This document shows positions 60,142 to 64,000 of a DNA stretch of 64,000 nucleotides, piece by piece (the first letter of the stretch is position 1; the number at the start of each line of letters is the position of its first letter). Both the position numbers and the translations under genes were made by a program. The notes beneath the pieces were generated by a model, which did no database searches, was not told the DNA's origin, and worked only from the letters and a program-made list of their open reading frames with translations. Origin of the DNA: Bugula neritina (taxonomy: Eukaryota > Animalia > Bryozoa); the NCBI GenBank assembly GCA_964035545.1, contig OZ037769.1, forward strand, positions 13,422,633-13,486,632. Direction: 5' to 3'.

Positions 60142-60232
60142 ATATACCACACTGGCGATTAAAAAAATAATTAGTTGTTTGGTCTCGATCTTTGAGTTTG
60201 TATTACTATTATACTTTAAAAAATTAGGCATC

Positions 60233-60597
60233 ATGTCGACCACACCATCCAACTCTGAATCTCTTAAATATGCAGCAAATGATGAAGTTCAACCGTTTTG
60301 TTTTGAACCAGAGGTTGATAGTTGTCACATTCAGTTTCACAGTGAATTCAACTCCAAGTTTCAAAATCTCAATCTGTTGGACTCCAATCACTGAATCAGT
60401 ATCACAGTGACTGCGAGTGTGACAGTGACAATCACAATGACAATGAGATTGACTTCAAGTATCAGCACAAGTATGACGATACTGAGTCTGATAGTCATAG
60501 AGATACTGATAGTCACAGTCAGTCCGAGGGTCATGATTTACTTGACTTACTTGAGGGTCATGATGATAGTCTTAGTACTCTTAGTTCTACTTTTTCG
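60233..60597 (+). pseudogene. Broken exon resembling the N-terminus of a Kolobok KolX / P2X7-tail-like protein
   Basis: MSTT..DEVQPFCFEPE (PxxFEP motif), then an Asp/Ser/His-rich tract in a shifted frame and a G|GTAAGC donor. Motif resemblance only. Confidence 0.3.
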
Positions 60598-61453
60598 GTA
60601 AGCTCGAATTTTAGTTTTAAACTCTACTCATTTTGATTTCCCATTGCCATTAGTATTACTATTACTGATTATCATAATAATATTAATAATGTAACTCTTA
60701 GTATTGTTGTTGGTGGTACATAATTTATTATTAAATACTAACAGTAACAGTGTTAGTATTTATTATTTAATAATAAACTATGTTTTGCAACCACATTTAA
60801 CTTGATATTCTATTGCCTATTACTATTAGTATTGGTAAAAGAGTATTCCTATTGCTATTAGTATTAGATTGGTATTACTATTGTTATAGTTTTCAGATTT
60901 AGGGTTGATGTGCCACCAAGAGAGTCTATTTATCACTAGAGAAACTTCACCAGTTAAGTCGAGTAGATATCGTTATATTTAATACAAGAATGCATAATAA
61001 AATCCAATGTACAACAGTAATGATACGCACGTCTATTTAATTTACAGCACTATCCTCAACTGAGCTAGTAGCGCGAAGCTGCTACTACTCACATAAAACA
61101 GCCTAGCTAATTGGCTAATACATTGTTCCGGGTCAATACGCAACCTTGCGTATTGTGTTGCTGGTAGCTCCACGAGCCACCACACTGCCCCCTCCAGCAG
61201 AAAGCCCACTTTCTGATAATATAAAATTCGCATAAAAAAACGTATACTTCGTTGTGGGGGGGTAAGAGAACAGTATAAAAGTATATACAAAAAAACAACA
61301 ACTGATAAAAATATACAGGTATATATAACGTGCACACTAAGTAATAAGCAAGAGAAGGTCCTATCTACATGTAGAGTACGTGCCACCATTACGGTAGGGA
61401 ATGCCACAGAGAGGTAGGGGAATGAGTAGTATGGAGTTGTAGGTAGACTCAAG

Positions 61454-62527
61454 TTAACTGCGGGCCGCACGCTTCATGCGTTTAATAGACTCCTGTAAAT
61501 ATTTGAGTTCACTGGATGCAGCCTGCACCCGTGGGGCCAATCTGTACACTTCTTGCTCCAAGTCGTGTGCCCTAGCTTCTACTTCACGTAGGTTGCGGGC
61601 CCAGGGGGACGAGCGAGAGGAAGTCGGCTGTCTATGTCTTTTCCGCTCTGAGGATGGAAGGGGAGGAGGGAGTGTATACGCATTTGTGTCTACCCTCTGT
61701 AGTACGACACGAGGAAAGGTATGCGGCATGCGTAGAGGACTGTGAGGTGGAGAGTTAGTAGACTGTGTAGGTTTATCTGCGGCTCCAGAGATGATGGGTC
61801 GCGGGGAAGGGAAGCCTTGCTCCAGGCGAGATAGCCGAGCTGAGTCAGTGATGAGTGGTTTGATGGCGTTGAGAAAAGCAGGATAGGATGATTCGTCTAC
61901 TTCATAGACATGCCCTTGATAACACTGCATAGTACGTTGGTGCCGCAATAGGTAATCACGATTGTAGCTATATTCTCCGCAAGGGCAGAAAGTGGTGATG
62001 TAGTGCTGCGGCAAGTGTACTTTTAGTCTGCGGTGGGTCGTGAATCGCTGCTGGCAGAGGTTGCATTCACGATTACTCTCACCTCCTTGATGGGTCCTGA
62101 TTTCTCTCTCTGTGGCAGGGGTAATCCAGTTGGAGGTTGCTTCCAACTGGGGTGGCAGTTGCCTGGTTGTAGAAGTTGTTGGGGCCGGCTCTGGGTCCCA
62201 CGCCATCTCTAGAGAAGGCATGCCCGGAGAGACGGGCGCGAGTGTGTCTACAAAAGTAGAATTATTGTTAGATCGCGGTGGATCTTTACAACATAATTCT
62301 AGTGACTGTCGACCGTTGCTAGCCTGAGAGTCACAGCTTTTGGAATGCACTCGAGGAACTGATGAATCATGTGTGGACTGACCAAGAACAGTGTCTAGCT
62401 CCAGGTCTAACAGACCATCGGCCATTACAGTGTCTTCATCGTCATTCACATGAAACGTGGTTCCCAGTAATTCTGATTCAATCTGCTGAATTAGTTCAGA
62501 ATTTACTGGCATCGAGCCCGTTTCCAT
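61454..62527 (-). CDS. E3 ORF3: C2H2-type zinc-finger / coiled-coil accessory protein (357 aa)
   Basis: CNLCQQRFTTHRRLKVHLPQH and CPCGEYSYNRDYLLRHQRTMQC; acidic DDEDTVMADGLLDLELD; PRVVL; heptads LREVEARAHDLEQEVYRL..LKYLQESIKRMK. Confidence 0.87.
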   Translation of the reverse strand: METGSMPVNSELIQQIESELLGTTFHVNDDEDTVMADGLLDLELDTVLGQSTHDSSVPRVHSKSCDSQASNGRQSLELCCKDPPRSNNNSTFVDTLAPVSPGMPSLEMAWDPEPAPTTSTTRQLPPQLEATSNWITPATEREIRTHQGGESNRECNLCQQRFTTHRRLKVHLPQHYITTFCPCGEYSYNRDYLLRHQRTMQCYQGHVYEVDESSYPAFLNAIKPLITDSARLSRLEQGFPSPRPIISGAADKPTQSTNSPPHSPLRMPHTFPRVVLQRVDTNAYTLPPPLPSSERKRHRQPTSSRSSPWARNLREVEARAHDLEQEVYRLAPRVQAASSELKYLQESIKRMKRAARS

Positions 62528-62544
62528 GAATAGGAATACAAGAC

Positions 62545-64000
62545 TTATACTGGCTTACCTGGGAACTCGGTATTAATGTCCATACTCAACGTTCTTGGTA
62601 AGGTTGGAGCTGGTTGTGAGATACGTCTGCCTTTGGCGATGTCAGCATAAGAAAAGGCTGAGCATCGTTTCTGAGGCACGAGGTCGGAACTATTTGCTTT
62701 ACGCGCATTAATTCCTCCCACTATTCCGCCCTCGCAAAAGTTGATATTTGCGTGGGGTTCACAACTCCAACATTTTATCGTACGGTTTTCCCCTAGACTT
62801 TCATGTGCGCCGCTTCTAATGCAGTCACATACGAAGTCTTTCAAATACGGTGGGGGTTTCCTCGTACGCTGTCCCCTTTCTAGGGGGGGTGACACGCTTG
62901 CCGGTTCGTTAGTAGGGGCCTCTAATGGCGTCTCTACTTCACCGCTAGCGGTCACCTCTTCTTGTTCTCCGGATGGAGCCCCTCCCTCCGTGGGGGTTTG
63001 CACTTCCGGAACCGGCTCGGTTTCTGGAAGTGATGGAATTAGACTTGGCGGTGGCGGACACGCTTCTGTTAACAAAAGCTGCCGCTCCTCTCTCACCAAG
63101 TTTTCCTCCCGCGGTATGACCACTTCGTATTCAGGTCCATGCCGCCGTCGCCCGCGCGTCGTTGTCTGCCTCCTGGGCTCTAACAACGGGGGGGGGCTTC
63201 TCCCACTCCGTCAGGGCTAGCCCAATACGGTTTCAAGCGAGACTCATTCTGGATAGACACCTGTCCTGAGCGCTCAATCTTGTACGTATGATTGGGCATA
63301 GCCTCGACGACCACGTAGGGGCCTACGAACTTAGGCTTCAGTTTATCAGCCTGTCCGCGACGCCTACGGTAATTGACCATCCACACCTTATCTCCCGTTT
63401 GATAGAGAGGTGGTTCATCGGAATCTTCGTGCCGCACCTTCCACTGCTGTTGACGCAGTATATCGTGTGCGGCCTTCATCCGTTCCACTAGTTCACTGGC
63501 ATACTCGTGAACCGAGTTGTCCTGCTCTGGAACGTGATAGGTGAGATGGTCAGGGACACGAGTCTCCCTCCCGAGCATCAAGAGGTTTGGGGTCTCACCA
63601 GTACTGGTGTGTGGGGTGCTACGGTATGCACGCATGACTTGCGGCAACACCGTATCCCATTCCTCTTGACCTCGTCCAAGGAGGAGACTCCGGAGTGCAT
63701 CACCTAGCATCCGGTTGTTGCGCTCCACCACCCCGTTACCTTGAGGGTGGTAGGGGGTGGTCCTGCTCTGATTTACTCCCCAGAGGCGGCAAAGGTCGCT
63801 CATCAGTTGAGACTGGAATTGAGCGCCTTGATCAGAGTGTATCTGTTCGGGAAGCCCAAAATAACAGAATACATGTTGGTCTAGTGCCCTGGCCACTGTT
63901 GGGGCTGATGCATCTGGGATAGCCAGAGCATCCGCCCACCTAGTAAAGTGGTCGGTTAGTACTAGGATCCAATTATTGCCTCTGGGGGTCAGGGGCATGG
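62545..64000 (-). CDS. pol: E3 pol, 3' part: integrase catalytic core, GPY/F module and tail (frame break in G9 run at 63188-63196)
   Basis: DHFTRW..IHSDQGAQF..TTPYHPQGNGVVERNNR..KFVGPY. ORF 62545-63186 continues the homology to E1 (PLLEP..RKPPPYLKDF). Confidence 0.88.

Larger units (their letters stand above)
60882..64000 (-). mobile_element. Gypsy LTR retrotransposon E3, 3' part (integrase, ORF3, PPT, 3' LTR); continues beyond the window
   Basis: Integrase core highly similar to E1; PPT GGAGGGGGCAG abutting the LTR at 61184. Outer LTR end placed at TGTTATAGTTTT (60882) by similarity to E1's TGTGATAGTTTT; the partner LTR is not in the window. Confidence 0.88.

Overview
AT-rich animal (invertebrate-type) genomic DNA with GT-AG introns; the species cannot be determined from the sequence. 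(1) A head-to-tail minus-strand cluster of four paralogous genes for type-I membrane receptors: signal peptide, 2-3 CUB domains, Thr/Ser mucin stalk, TM helix and a Tyr-motif-rich tail. I spliced them by hand with phase-consistent exons: gene A 39932-46282 (divergent), B 30244-37214, C 7514-25368 (extra CUB exon, retrotransposon in intron 2) and D (runs off the left edge). B and C carry a canonical ITIM (VEYCTI) plus YxxM, YxN and YxxP motifs. (2) Three related but divergent Ty3/Gypsy LTR retrotransposons, all on the minus strand: E1 16074-24064 (full length), E2 54878-60141 (lacks RT and integrase core, LTRs identical) and E3 ~60882 to beyond 64000. E1 and E2 have a tRNA-Leu PBS, a 4-bp TSD and a -1 frameshift signal. 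All three carry, in the env position, a conserved extra ORF encoding a transcription-factor-like protein (C2H2-type zinc fingers, a conserved helical block and a basic coiled coil; E1 and E3 also have an acidic N-terminus and a PxVxL-like box). The E1 LTR U3 is an array of 19 CpGs (CCGA/TCGG) phased at 8 bp and folded into nested palindromes. The remainder is MITEs, SINEs, a decayed hAT and simple repeats. Best candidates for new biology: the zinc-finger accessory gene with its LTR motif array, and the diversifying CUB-ITIM receptor cluster.
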